A DNA stretch of 64,000 nt from an uncultured virus (IMG/VR IMGVR_UViG_3300025033_000016) (IMGVR_UViG_3300025033_000016); one strand, 5' to 3'. Shown: positions 48,425 through 58,739, counted from the stretch's first letter. Numbers and translations are program-made. Notes: a model not told the origin generated them from the letters alone.

Positions 48425-49949
48425 GTAGAGAATCTCCTAATGTTAATGTATATTTAGCTTGTCCGGCGTCATAAATGCGATACCAGCCTTTAGTTTCAGC
48501 TTCAGCTCTAGTCTTAGCCTTGCGCCTGTTATATGTATTGTTACCGTCTGTCCACTTCCACCCTAGAGACTCAGACACCTTAGTAAAGCCCAGTTTCGTA
48601 AGGGAGTGGCCGTCCGCATATCTACAATCTACAAAACTTACAACTTGTCTTGTACTGGTTAACCCTATTATATACTTAAGGAGCTTGCTAAGTCCTCCTA
48701 CTACTACAGTGTGGAGCTTAGTACAAACTCTATCTAGCTCTACCTTATCTTCCTTCTTGTAGTGCTTATAGCTTATAATCATTAGCAGCTCATCCCCATT
48801 CCATAAGCCTATATGCTGGGTATTGTGTATACCGCCCATTAAGTGGTTTAGTTCTAGAAAGTCGAATCCTTGGTACGTATCTACGGGTTTAATATCTAAT
48901 TTCCTAGCATAGTGTCTAGTGATGTTCTTGCCATGCCTAGCGTCTAACATAGACTTAATGATATGTGGCCTTTTGATAAGCTCGTCAGCTCGGTATTGTA
49001 GTAATACTAAGCCTGCCTTTTCATAAGCTAGCCTCTTAGTTTTGTGGTATTGGTTATCTTTTCGATACTTCTCAGAGTGATAAAGTAGTCCATCTAGATC
49101 TACGTACAAAGTGTCTGAGATTTTAACATCCGGCCTATAGTCGAAATCTTGGTGTATCTTTTTATTAACTCGGGCAGACTGGTAGTCCTTAGTAAGGGCT
49201 AAGAACACAAGCTCTAGATTACTAATATTAGACTTATGATTATCTATCCAATCCTGAGCTGCTTGTGGGCTTATAGTCCTAAAGATAAGGTTAGCATACT
49301 GCGGGCAGGGATTGGTGTCAAACTCTGCACAATACTGGCTGACATACTTGCCGTTAGGTAGTACATTTAGTTTGTCGTTAGCTTCGTACTTAGATAGCAC
49401 CTTGTCTAATTGCTTTTGTCTAATGTCTGGGTCATGCATAGGATTCTCATGTCCATATCTGGCTAGGCTAGTTGCTCTCATTCTAGCTTGTACTTTTTTG
49501 GACTTAGCTGGATTATCTACGCCGTAATTAGCTAATGTAGTAGCTCGCTGTTTATCTCGAATCTCTTGGGAGCGCATAGGATTCGTAACCCCGTGGTTTT
49601 TTAGTAGGGTCCTCTTTGCCTTTTCTTGGAACTTTGTTAGCTGAGCGGCGTGTTCTACGCCATACCTAAGCTTTGTAGTAGCTTTACGCTTTGCTTGCAC
49701 TTCTGGGTTACTACTTGTGTGCGTAGTTCCGTATCGTTGTATATTGGTTTGCTCTCTGCGGGCTTGTATTGCCTCAGGATGCGTTGAAATAGGTCCAGTA
49801 GATACTCGCTTACCCGCGTCTTCCATGGCCTTTATAGAGCTTTTAAATGCGCCGTACGTGGAATCTAGGAAGTCTAGCTTGGTTTCCTTGGTGTAGCGCT
49901 CTGGTAGCGCTTGAGCTAGGCTAACTCCTTCGGGTAGTTCGTACTTCAT
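48417..49949 (-). CDS. Free-standing homing-endonuclease-like protein (YG-x-x-NP repeats + Vsr/PD-(D/E)XK-like domain + C-terminal domain)
   Basis: Five T...RYG...P-type repeats; RPD...DLDGLLYHS; C-terminal IYDAG. Confidence 0.65.
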   Translation of the reverse strand: MKYELPEGVSLAQALPERYTKETKLDFLDSTYGAFKSSIKAMEDAGKRVSTGPISTHPEAIQARREQTNIQRYGTTHTSSNPEVQAKRKATTKLRYGVEHAAQLTKFQEKAKRTLLKNHGVTNPMRSQEIRDKQRATTLANYGVDNPAKSKKVQARMRATSLARYGHENPMHDPDIRQKQLDKVLSKYEANDKLNVLPNGKYVSQYCAEFDTNPCPQYANLIFRTISPQAAQDWIDNHKSNISNLELVFLALTKDYQSARVNKKIHQDFDYRPDVKISDTLYVDLDGLLYHSEKYRKDNQYHKTKRLAYEKAGLVLLQYRADELIKRPHIIKSMLDARHGKNITRHYARKLDIKPVDTYQGFDFLELNHLMGGIHNTQHIGLWNGDELLMIISYKHYKKEDKVELDRVCTKLHTVVVGGLSKLLKYIIGLTSTRQVVSFVDCRYADGHSLTKLGFTKVSESLGWKWTDGNNTYNRRKAKTRAEAETKGWYRIYDAGQAKYTLTLGDSLHE

Positions 49950-49955
49950 AGTCGT

Positions 49956-49984
49956 ATTTTATCGTACTTGGTGTGTTTAGTCAA
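49956..49984 (-). promoter_or_regulatory. sigma70-type promoter TTGACT-N17-TAAAAT
   Basis: 6 nt before ATG 49949; same hexamers as 16255-16283. Confidence 0.75.
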
Positions 49985-49992
49985 GGCAAATG

Positions 49993-50022
49993 AAAAGCCC
50001 CCAGCAGGTTAGTGCTGAGGGC
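49993..50022 (-). terminator. Intrinsic terminator after the major capsid gene
   Basis: GCCCTCAGCA-loop-TGCTGGGGGC followed by TTTT. Confidence 0.8.
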
Positions 50023-50046
50023 CTTCTTAGTTAGTTGCTAGTAGGG

Positions 50047-52210
50047 TTAGCTATTAGTAATGCCAGTAACCAAGATAAGTTGGTTAGGGGCGTGGCAGAA
50101 TAGAGCTAGGTCGCAGTATGCGCGGAGCTCAAACCCAGCACTAGCTTGCAATTCTCGGAAGAACCTATCATTATCGTGTCCTGGCAATTGGAACGTGATG
50201 TCGGTAGAACCAATCAACTGAACCGCTTTATCAGGCATGATGAACGCTAGGGACTCTTTAACGTAGCTGCAAGGTACGATTTCAATAGGACCAGTCTGAC
50301 CGTAGAACTTAATAGACTCAGAACCATTCTCAGAAACTGAGCGGCTGTAAGAGCTGTCAAGCATACGAAGAGCAGCTTGGTCGCTAAGAAGCTCAGCCCA
50401 AGTGCGGTTAGAAACTAGAACTTTAACTCCAGAATCAAGACCACGAGCAGCGCCCTTAGAGATAGCTTCTTGAATCTTCTCGAAAGAAAGATCAGCGCCA
50501 CCAGCAGCATACTCAGTTGCACGCCATACGTTGAAAGACTGAGGGTTGATACCGAACAAGTCAGTAGAACCATCAGAGTAGGCAGTCATGATACCATGAA
50601 GACCCAGCATTTCTTTCCACTCAGTAGCAGCGTCGTCGTAAGCGCCTTCGAACATAACTCTGTCACCAGCAGTCAAAGTAAGAGCTGCGCCGTCAACAGT
50701 GATAGTTTTAGTATCAAGGTTGATTCCTGTGATAGTACGTGCTGTAGAAGTACGGTCAGTAGCTAGGTCAGAAGAGAAGATCTCGACTTTAGCACCTTCC
50801 AAACCGTTCCAGATACCAGGAGCCCAAGAAGCGTCACTGATTACTAGAGTGTTTACAGCTGAAGTGTTAGCGTTAACTAGGCCGATTTCTTTTTGTCCGT
50901 AGAACATAGAGATCTCTAGACGCTTAGCGAAAGAGCGAAGCATGTCAGCTACGATGAGCTTAGTAGCTTGCTCGAAAGCTGCAGGGGAAGCTGCGGATCG
51001 AGATACTGCGTCGTAAGAAAGCTTAGTTCGAGCTACCATAGAGTAACCTTTAATAGAAGCGTTCTTAGTTTGAGCAGCTACTGCATCGTTGAGGTCATAA
51101 GCGTCACCGTCAGATCCACCATAAGTGAAACCTTGAGATTGCTTAACGATTACTGGTTGTTGGTAAGCGTCACCGAGCTTTTTAGCTGCGTTGAACTTAA
51201 CCATGTTATAAAGAACTACGTTGTCCGGGATGAGGTTTTCTACCTTGTCGGCGTATACTTTTTTCGTTATATTCCCGTATTACTACGGGCACTGACTATA
51301 TCATCACCTTTTTCAAGGGTCTGGCGCTGTAAAAGCCTTTGTTGGTAAATGGTTTCTATGTATCTAAATTTATAGCGCATAGATTTGAATTGAAGAATAA
51401 ACTCTCTAACATACTCCCACAGTTTAAGTGAGTCCGCCTGTCCAAATTTAAGGTAAGGGTAGTGCTTGTTACGTTTAGAGCTTTTTTGCGATCCAAATTT
51501 AACATTAACATTAAAATTGTCGCTAAACCAAAGTCTAATCTTATCTAGAGATTCTATAGATTCGCTACATAGGTAGATTCTAACTCTACCTCCGTATAAC
51601 TTTTTTCCGCTTTTAATTTTAGATATCGAGGGTTCTATATACCCGTCATCTATTAAAAGCATAGCTAACGCCATTTCAGGATGCTCTACGAACCTTAGCA
51701 TTCTAGATAGGTCCTTGGAGTTATTTGGATAGCACCATTTTCTCCATGATCTAAGACGCTTAACGCATACTGAAACTTGTAAGGCTCCATTTGATTGAGG
51801 TCTTACATTAACAGTACGGTTGAATATCTTAGATAGTAAGGAAGCTTTCCACTTAAGGATATCGGCTTGTTCTTTACAGTGACCTATTGTAAGTCCTCCG
51901 TATAGCTTGCCTGCATTTCTTATGTAATGCAAACAACCGTCTCCCATAGCTAAACACATAACTAGACTACGTTTATCTCTATTATTCATTTTTTACCTCT
52001 AACCCGCTTATAGCGATCAAGATTACTTAGCTTTTTAGTCGATGAACCTTCCGACTTAGTTTGTCGGCTTGGCTGCTGATTGCCCTAGATTACTAGGGTT
52101 TCCAGCAATTCACCAGATTTTCTAGCATAATGCTAGGAGGGGTCTAACCTCAACTATTCTAAAAGTTAAAAAAGTCCATCAAGTTGTGATACTGTTACAT
52201 TTTGTGCCAT
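50047..52210 (-). CDS. Major capsid protein, spliced (exon1 52169-52210, exon2 50047-51264; 419 aa)
   Basis: Follows portal and scaffold; strong SD AAGGAG before ATG 52210; exons join in frame as MAQNVTVSQLDGLF/KKVYADKVENLIPD; terminator downstream. Confidence 0.8.
51265..52168 (-). ncRNA. Group I self-splicing intron (904 nt)
   Basis: P AATTGCTGGAAA, Q AATCAGCAGC, R GTTCATCGACTA, S GATGATATAGTC in order; exon ends in U, intron ends in G; terminal hairpin CCCGTAGTAATACGGG. Confidence 0.9.
51267..51989 (-). CDS. Intron-encoded LAGLIDADG homing endonuclease
   Basis: Two motifs MCLAMGDG and LAMLLIDDG; KFRY near the C-terminus. Confidence 0.85.
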   Translation of the reverse strand: MNNRDKRSLVMCLAMGDGCLHYIRNAGKLYGGLTIGHCKEQADILKWKASLLSKIFNRTVNVRPQSNGALQVSVCVKRLRSWRKWCYPNNSKDLSRMLRFVEHPEMALAMLLIDDGYIEPSISKIKSGKKLYGGRVRIYLCSESIESLDKIRLWFSDNFNVNVKFGSQKSSKRNKHYPYLKFGQADSLKLWEYVREFILQFKSMRYKFRYIETIYQQRLLQRQTLEKGDDIVSARSNTGI

Positions 52211-52380
52211 TTTAATTTCTCCTTAAATACCATTTGAATTACTTAGTTTGTTATTTTCATACCAACTAAATAAGCCTTCTTAAGCCAGAGTTCGGGTATC
52301 CAAGAGCCCTATTAAGGGTATCTGAGAGCCGTATACTACTAACTACAAGCTAAACTTATAGTAGGTCGTTACAAAGGGGC

Positions 52381-52403
52381 ATTTGTTGTGCCCCAAGTTA
52401 ATA
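52381..52403 (-). promoter_or_regulatory. Candidate late promoter TATTAA-N10-AACAAAT
   Basis: Intergenic, upstream of the capsid gene. Confidence 0.6.
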
Positions 52404-52410
52404 ATCGTTA

Positions 52411-53439
52411 TTAGCTATACATCCAGTCGCTTAGCTTCTGTTTCTTAGCTGGTTTCTTGTTGGCTTCCTGCTCAGATCTGTCCTTGCTAGATTTGCCTAC
52501 ATCTTTAATGCTCTTAGTAGAAGGTACAGCTTGTGATTTCTTGTACTTGCTTACTTGGTATTTATTAAAGCGTTTAACCACGTCACTACCTAGAAGCTCT
52601 TCTAAGATCTCTTCTCTGCTGGCTCCAAACATCTCTCCCAAATCCTTACGCATCTCTTTACGAACGATGTTAAGGGCTTGCTTAGGTGAAATCTGTTTGT
52701 CGTGCTCAAGGGCTGTAAGCATTACATCACTCATACGTTTCATAAGATAAGGGCTGTTTGGCATATCACTCTCTTCTAGAGCGCTAATAAAGCCTTCCTC
52801 TAGCTTAGTCTCATGTTCCTGTACAGCTCTCTCATACTCCATCTTTTGACGTAGTTCTGATTCTTCTTTAGCTTTAGCTCTGATCTCTTCCAGCTCTTTT
52901 TCTAGACGCTCCCGCTCACGTTGATCTGGGGATTTCATCTCTTCTTCAAGCTCTTGATTAATAATCTTCTGAGCAAACTCTTTTACGTCAATTCCAATAG
53001 CGGGGTCTGATAACACAGCTGCTGGATTAGACTTAAGTAGCTCTACTAAGGAACGTACTTCTTTTTCATACTCTCTAGCTTTCTGGATATCCTTACGAGC
53101 TTTTCTAGATAACTGAAGCTCTCGTACTAGGTCTTCTTCAGAGCCTTCCCAGTCTACGTCTTCTCCGTCTACTTTAAGCTTGTATTTGTGTTGTACCTTC
53201 TCTAGTTTAGCCTTGGCTGCTTCTTTCTGCTTAGACGAGGCTGCGTCTTTTACCGCTTGTTCAGCTGCTTGTAGCTCTTCCTGAGCAGAATCTGATAAAT
53301 CAGCTTCTCCGCCCTCTGCTGATACAGCAATAGCATCGCTACCTTCATCGCCCATTAAGGCTTCTAGGTCTTCTGCTGTTACGTCCTCAGACTCTACTAC
53401 CTGTGATTCTACTTCTATGTTTCCGTTTTCTTCTGACAT
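52411..53439 (-). CDS. Capsid scaffolding protein
   Basis: Acidic, helical, KLKVDGE motif; directly upstream of the capsid gene. Confidence 0.75.
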   Translation of the reverse strand: MSEENGNIEVESQVVESEDVTAEDLEALMGDEGSDAIAVSAEGGEADLSDSAQEELQAAEQAVKDAASSKQKEAAKAKLEKVQHKYKLKVDGEDVDWEGSEEDLVRELQLSRKARKDIQKAREYEKEVRSLVELLKSNPAAVLSDPAIGIDVKEFAQKIINQELEEEMKSPDQRERERLEKELEEIRAKAKEESELRQKMEYERAVQEHETKLEEGFISALEESDMPNSPYLMKRMSDVMLTALEHDKQISPKQALNIVRKEMRKDLGEMFGASREEILEELLGSDVVKRFNKYQVSKYKKSQAVPSTKSIKDVGKSSKDRSEQEANKKPAKKQKLSDWMYS

Positions 53440-53516
53440 TCTTGTCTCCTTTTTTAAGCCGCCTGATTTAGGGTGGGCTGATTTAAAGGGGTCGCCCTTA
53501 CGGTAGACCTCTTATG

Positions 53517-54596
53517 TTACTTACTTAGCATCAGAGCCGCTAATCCCATCATGGTATAATTAACGTCTGGTCCGGTTTCTCCAGTTTTGAAGTTGCTGTC
53601 TGCAATCATCATTTGAGGCCACGTTACGGCTCCAGTGTATGATCGTAGGTAGTTAATAGTTAATTGCTTACGTTCCTGATCTACAAGACCTACATTGTAG
53701 GCTAGCGAAGTAATCCACGGTTGAGGTCTGCCTCTAGGTCCGTTACTATCTATCATAGAAAGTCCTGATTTGTAATCTTTACCAAGCTTACACAAAGACC
53801 ATAGATTTAAAGCGCATATGTGTTGAGTGTAGAATATCTGACCAGCTACATCTTTAGTATACATTGCAGGTACGTGCTTAAAGTACCAAACTCCAGCTAG
53901 TACATAATGCAGCTTAGCAATTAGTTTCCATACTCCTCCTAGCTCACTAGCAGCTAGCTCTAGTATAGCTTGGCTAGTTAATACTCCAGGGCCTGTTAGC
54001 GGGTTAGCTAAGCTAAATCCTATGTTCTTACCTTTAACTGTCCACTCTTCGGCTGTTACGTTTAAGCCAAAGTTAGAGCTTCTATTTGAAACTTTGCCCT
54101 TTTCATTCCAGAGAATACCAAAGCAGTTCTTTAGATAATGCGTAGCCACTTTCTTAACTAGGGGCTTATTGTCTATGTTCCACAAGATATAATTAAATAC
54201 CCAACTACTCATCCCATCTCCGCTAGGTCCTAGATAGGGCTCGCCTTCAGAGCCATCAGGTCTACGTTCTCGATATAACGATCCGTTAGGTTTAACTACT
54301 AGCTCAATTAGAGACTGTGCTGCTATAGGATTAAATAGTCCTAATCCAGACTGCGTTAGTAGCGTATGTGTCTCTTTACCTAAGAATATATGTTCTCCAG
54401 GCTTAGTCTCCTTAGCGCTATGGATAAGGCTCTCTAGATCGTGTTTAGGGCTTGGTAGGACTTCTATATCACCGAAGTCATTCCTTACCCTCAAATAAAA
54501 ATAAGGCGTATACAACATTTGAAGCAGTACGAATATCATGTTCAAAGGCCACAGCAATACAGCTAGTGTCCACCTTAATATTTGATGTGCGTTCAT
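53517..54596 (-). CDS. Hypothetical protein with N-terminal TM
   Basis: Long ORF between portal and scaffold. Confidence 0.6.
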   Translation of the reverse strand: MNAHQILRWTLAVLLWPLNMIFVLLQMLYTPYFYLRVRNDFGDIEVLPSPKHDLESLIHSAKETKPGEHIFLGKETHTLLTQSGLGLFNPIAAQSLIELVVKPNGSLYRERRPDGSEGEPYLGPSGDGMSSWVFNYILWNIDNKPLVKKVATHYLKNCFGILWNEKGKVSNRSSNFGLNVTAEEWTVKGKNIGFSLANPLTGPGVLTSQAILELAASELGGVWKLIAKLHYVLAGVWYFKHVPAMYTKDVAGQIFYTQHICALNLWSLCKLGKDYKSGLSMIDSNGPRGRPQPWITSLAYNVGLVDQERKQLTINYLRSYTGAVTWPQMMIADSNFKTGETGPDVNYTMMGLAALMLSK

Positions 54597-54598
54597 TA

Positions 54599-56677
54599 TT
54601 AGAATCCTTCGCCAATAATGTTAGCCATACCCTCAGCTGCTGTAATAGGTAAATCTGGATTACCTGCTGGAGCTGGCATATTAGGTAAGCTTACTCCATC
54701 AATAGCAGCTGCTGGATTTACAGGAGCTAGAGAGGCTCCAGAACCCTCTACAGGAGCAGGGGCTCCTTCTGGAGGCATTCCACCTTCTGGAGGCATTGGT
54801 GCTCCCTCAGGGCCTTGTGGAGCGTCTGGTGGGATAGGTTGCTGACCTAGAGCTACTAGAATGTTAGGGTCTGTAGTCTTGAGAGCTTCGATGTGCTCAT
54901 TGATGTGCTGAGTAGCAGCTGCAATAAGTTCTGGATTGTCTCTAAGAGCTGGGTCATTAAATACAGCCTTATGTTGCTTAATGTGAGCAATATGATCGTC
55001 TGTAATCATTACAGGAGGGGATACTCCATCCATAAGCTTCTCGTTCTCAGCTCTAATTAAGATAAGCTCGCTTTGAGCACCTTCAACCATGCTGTCTAGG
55101 CTGCCTGTGTTAAGTACAGTAAAGTAGTCCTCTACGTTGTCAATGATGTTGTACTGAATTAGGTTGTTGGCCATCTCTAGCTTACCGCCAGTAGTTCTGC
55201 TGACAGGGTTAGCTACTTCTACGAATACTCGGTTAATTGATTGCAAATCGTCGCCTTTGAACTTCTTGAGCAAGGCTCGTTTGTTTTGACCTACGATAGC
55301 GGCTACGCGCTCTGTCTCAGCAAAGTCCTTAAGCAAGTTAATCGTACCAGTGCCTACGTCTTCCATGAGTTTGATATAGGAATGTTGGAGTCCAGAGATA
55401 AACTGAATAGACTGAGCTTGGATTAGGGCTAGGGAGTTACCAGATCTTAAGCTGGCTTCTGGATTACCACGAGTAACGCTGTTGATACCTGAGATAGTCT
55501 CCATAGTAGACTCTAGCTTATTGAGCATATTGAATACTTCAGCTGGAGTTTGAGTTAGGTTTAGAGCCTCAGGCTTGTTCATGCCTTGTTGGTACTCTAT
55601 GATGTTAAGACCGCCGTTAAGCTGCGTTAGGTTAATATCAGAGCCCTTAGGTAGCATAATATTCTGCACACCGAAGGCATTCTGGTTTGTGATGATAGTG
55701 CTGTTTAGCATGTTGATAGCTTCTTGAATCGGAAGAAGGTCAAACAGGGAAGTATATCCAAACGGAGTTCCCATAATATCGGCATATCGGATATCAAAGC
55801 ATGGAATAAATCTATAGGGTAGTGGAATGTCAATTAGCGGAGTTTCAGCGTCTGCAAACATCATGTATCGGCCTTCAGGAACGGCCTCTGTGCGCTTGTG
55901 GAAGAACTCATATACTGGGATGTCATCTGTTTCGTTACTACGTCCAATAGTCAGGCGGTAACTGCTTTCGCTGTCTCTAGTCTCAATAGCAATAAGCTGC
56001 TCTTCGTACTCAGGGTACTTGGCAATCAAGTTAGCCTTGTTGATATATGATTTTACGATTAACCACTCATGCTCTTGGGAGTCGTCTTTATGTACGTCTC
56101 GGATAACACGTAATGGATGTAGGGCTTCATATTCAATATCCCCATCATGTATATAAGTACCTGTGTCTTCATTAAAGCCTACTACTTCGCCTGAAGTAGC
56201 GTTCCAGCCCATCTTAACCCAACCTTCTCCCAATACTACAGCATAGTCTACGGATTTCTTCATAACCCGTTCCATGTTCTTTTCTCTCATGTAGTAATCT
56301 AGGAGTCCGTTAGCTAGATAGGCTTGGCTAAGGGATTTACTGTCTGTATTAACAGCTTGTGCTTGTAGGGCAGGTCTTTGGCTAGTCGTGAGGTTAATCA
56401 TATGCTCGCCGATGTTCCTGAAGTGATTTACAGGGAAGAATACTAACTCACCTTGCTCTCCAGTCATGTTAAGTTGGTGAGATTCTACGTTAAAATCGTC
56501 TAACTCACTGAAATTACCGTGGTAGAACTTCCAGCTCTTGTACATCTTAGATAGCAGCCCGGAGTCCAATAAGGAAGCTTCCCAGTCTTGCACCTTACCT
56601 ACTAGAACGTCTACGCATTCGTCTGTGTCTTTAGCCGCAAAATACTGATATCGTTTTTGTTTTTTATCTTCTTCCAT
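54599..56677 (-). CDS. Portal protein (P22-like size and position)
   Basis: Follows terL; G.GWVK..W, L.P.Q..IN, SG.....G motifs; Pro-rich tail. Confidence 0.85.
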   Translation of the reverse strand: MEEDKKQKRYQYFAAKDTDECVDVLVGKVQDWEASLLDSGLLSKMYKSWKFYHGNFSELDDFNVESHQLNMTGEQGELVFFPVNHFRNIGEHMINLTTSQRPALQAQAVNTDSKSLSQAYLANGLLDYYMREKNMERVMKKSVDYAVVLGEGWVKMGWNATSGEVVGFNEDTGTYIHDGDIEYEALHPLRVIRDVHKDDSQEHEWLIVKSYINKANLIAKYPEYEEQLIAIETRDSESSYRLTIGRSNETDDIPVYEFFHKRTEAVPEGRYMMFADAETPLIDIPLPYRFIPCFDIRYADIMGTPFGYTSLFDLLPIQEAINMLNSTIITNQNAFGVQNIMLPKGSDINLTQLNGGLNIIEYQQGMNKPEALNLTQTPAEVFNMLNKLESTMETISGINSVTRGNPEASLRSGNSLALIQAQSIQFISGLQHSYIKLMEDVGTGTINLLKDFAETERVAAIVGQNKRALLKKFKGDDLQSINRVFVEVANPVSRTTGGKLEMANNLIQYNIIDNVEDYFTVLNTGSLDSMVEGAQSELILIRAENEKLMDGVSPPVMITDDHIAHIKQHKAVFNDPALRDNPELIAAATQHINEHIEALKTTDPNILVALGQQPIPPDAPQGPEGAPMPPEGGMPPEGAPAPVEGSGASLAPVNPAAAIDGVSLPNMPAPAGNPDLPITAAEGMANIIGEGF

Positions 56678-56691
56678 AATGAAACCTCGGT

Positions 56692-58194
56692 TTATTTGTT
56701 ACGCTTCTTTATAAAGAGGCCCTTGAACGCCTCTTGGGTTGGGGTCAGGTAAGTCTGATTCACAGCTCCCATTTGATAGGAGTGATCTACGCCTTTGTTG
56801 GGGTACGGATTCTTATGCCAAGCCACCATACGCACTAAATATATCATTCCATCCAGGAGATCGTAGTGTTTTGCCTTCGCTGTACGTTCAAAAGTACGCA
56901 TATTCTTGGCCCAAGTCGCCGCTTCTAGTTGGTATATTAAATTTTTACATCTTGGATGAATTATAATTTTATGTTGTTGTAGTTTAATCCTAAGATTGTT
57001 GATAGCCGCAGCCTTATCATCTTTAGGCACTGGTACAAAAGTAAGGCCGTGTAGCTGTGCTAAGTCATTTAATAAGATAGGTTCATTATCACTTACCCTA
57101 AGATAAACTGGCCTGATATTACCGTTAATATCTTTCCACAGCTCAGTCTCTTTTCGTACTACCTCGGTGGCTATTCCTTCACTAGTTACCTGACTTCCGT
57201 TAGCAAGGTATTCATCTTCAATTACTAGCTTACCTTGATTGAAGTCTAGATATGCAAATAGGACTCCGGTATTATCTGTGACTCCTGGGTCCATAGAAGT
57301 ATACGCATCGTAATAAGACGGTCTTGGGTTTTCTTTGACGATATGCGTCTGTAGCTCATGCGTAAACTCTGGTATTACCATCGACTCAAGTTCGGAAATT
57401 ATCATGCATAGATACTCACGTTTCCAAGTAGATGAGTCTTCTCCTCCAGATAGCTCTTTTAATATCTCTACCTGCTCTGCATCTAGATGAGATCTGAGAT
57501 GTGGCGGATCGTTTTTAACTGCGTCTAATACTTGATAGATAGTCTGCTCAATGTAAGCATCATTTAGCTTAGCTTCTCGTATAAAGTCTACGAAGTCATG
57601 TCCTGTAGATTTAGGCGCAGAACTAGACAGAATTAGTCTGCCTTTTGTGGTTAAGGTTTGAGGTAATAGAATATCTTTAATTAGGTACTCTAGGTCCTTT
57701 ACGAAACCTGCCTCGTCTATAATACCTAAATCGGTACTAGTTCCCCTGAGTCTTTCAGCATTGCCTTCATCAGCCCCTTCGATTTGAAGCTTAGCTCCAT
57801 TATGGAACTTGTAGCACCTATCGTGCTTGTAATATCTTGGTTTGATTTCTTCTGGGCAATCTGATAATACCTGTGGCATATTCTGGCTAATGATCTTAGT
57901 AGCCATTACGGAAGTTCCGCATACATAGTGGACGGTAGCATTGGGAGTTTGTAGGCAAGTCTCAATAGCTAGTACTAAAAGGCCGTAACTCTTACCTGTA
58001 CGTCTAGATTGATTTACTACTGGTAGTTTGTATGCGTTATCTATTAAAAGCTGTCTAACTTTTTTCTGAGCCGAGTTGAGTTTCCAGTGTAGAATACCCT
58101 TCTTCCATAGAAGAGCTACTGCCTCATTCTTAGTCGGCTTTAGGCTTAGATTTTTGCCCTGCTGGGTCTTTGGCTTTGCTGACTTTTTTGGCAT
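56692..58194 (-). CDS. terL: Terminase large subunit
   Basis: SRRTGKS Walker A, LRG, IIDEAG Walker B, REY.C, DPG, HYDLLD. Confidence 0.9.
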   Translation of the reverse strand: MPKKSAKPKTQQGKNLSLKPTKNEAVALLWKKGILHWKLNSAQKKVRQLLIDNAYKLPVVNQSRRTGKSYGLLVLAIETCLQTPNATVHYVCGTSVMATKIISQNMPQVLSDCPEEIKPRYYKHDRCYKFHNGAKLQIEGADEGNAERLRGTSTDLGIIDEAGFVKDLEYLIKDILLPQTLTTKGRLILSSSAPKSTGHDFVDFIREAKLNDAYIEQTIYQVLDAVKNDPPHLRSHLDAEQVEILKELSGGEDSSTWKREYLCMIISELESMVIPEFTHELQTHIVKENPRPSYYDAYTSMDPGVTDNTGVLFAYLDFNQGKLVIEDEYLANGSQVTSEGIATEVVRKETELWKDINGNIRPVYLRVSDNEPILLNDLAQLHGLTFVPVPKDDKAAAINNLRIKLQQHKIIIHPRCKNLIYQLEAATWAKNMRTFERTAKAKHYDLLDGMIYLVRMVAWHKNPYPNKGVDHSYQMGAVNQTYLTPTQEAFKGLFIKKRNK

Positions 58195-58474
58195 TAGACT
58201 TCCTTGTCTGTTTAGGTTCTACAACATCTAAGACGCCTTCCGGCGGCATCATGAGAGCTAAGGCATCTTCTACGGACAATGCCTCTGATTTCTTAGACGT
58301 GCCTTCAATTACTGTGGGATCTTCCTCGATCAACCGCAAGTTCTTTACTAGCATGTCATACATTCTAACTTCATCAGTAGTTAATAATCTGTCTCTTGAA
58401 ATTTCATTAAGTCTATCCAGCTGCTGTAGAGCAATCTCATATTCGGGTCTGGACATCTTAATTATACTAGACAT
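58130..58474 (-). CDS. Putative terminase small subunit
   Basis: Helical ORF immediately upstream of and overlapping terL. Confidence 0.45.
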   Translation of the reverse strand: MSSIIKMSRPEYEIALQQLDRLNEISRDRLLTTDEVRMYDMLVKNLRLIEEDPTVIEGTSKKSEALSVEDALALMMPPEGVLDVVEPKQTRKSNAKKVSKAKDPAGQKSKPKAD

Positions 58475-58475
58475 A

Positions 58476-58739
58476 TTATCGACGTTTAGTTTGGTTGTTT
58501 AGGATAGCGCCGCCTGATAAGAACATTAGCTTGTTCTCCATAGACTGAACTCTATCAACTATGTCCTTTTCAATCTTACGTGCTTGGTTCCATTGAGTGT
58601 AATGCAAGAAACCTAAGTAACCTAAGCTACCTACTACTGCAATACTCTCGGCTAATGAAAGGGGATTAATAAATGATTTAATTACCAAAGCTGCAAAGCC
58701 TAGGATAACTACTGTTGGGATATGCTTGTTAACTTCCAT
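58476..58739 (-). CDS. Two-TM small membrane protein
   Basis: Two hydrophobic segments followed by a coiled coil. Confidence 0.6.
   Translation of the reverse strand: MEVNKHIPTVVILGFAALVIKSFINPLSLAESIAVVGSLGYLGFLHYTQWNQARKIEKDIVDRVQSMENKLMFLSGGAILNNQTKRR

Noticed and set aside
48417..48445. LGDSLHE, and tails such as EKELME (4799), EELLK (14601) and EVLANE (20049), as tag copies
   Set aside because: They share only the SD/overlap-derived or terminal residues and lack the VRxxLR core.
50047..51204. Capsid start at Met 51204 as given in the ORF track
   Set aside because: No SD there; the frame is open to 51264 and joins exon1 after intron removal.
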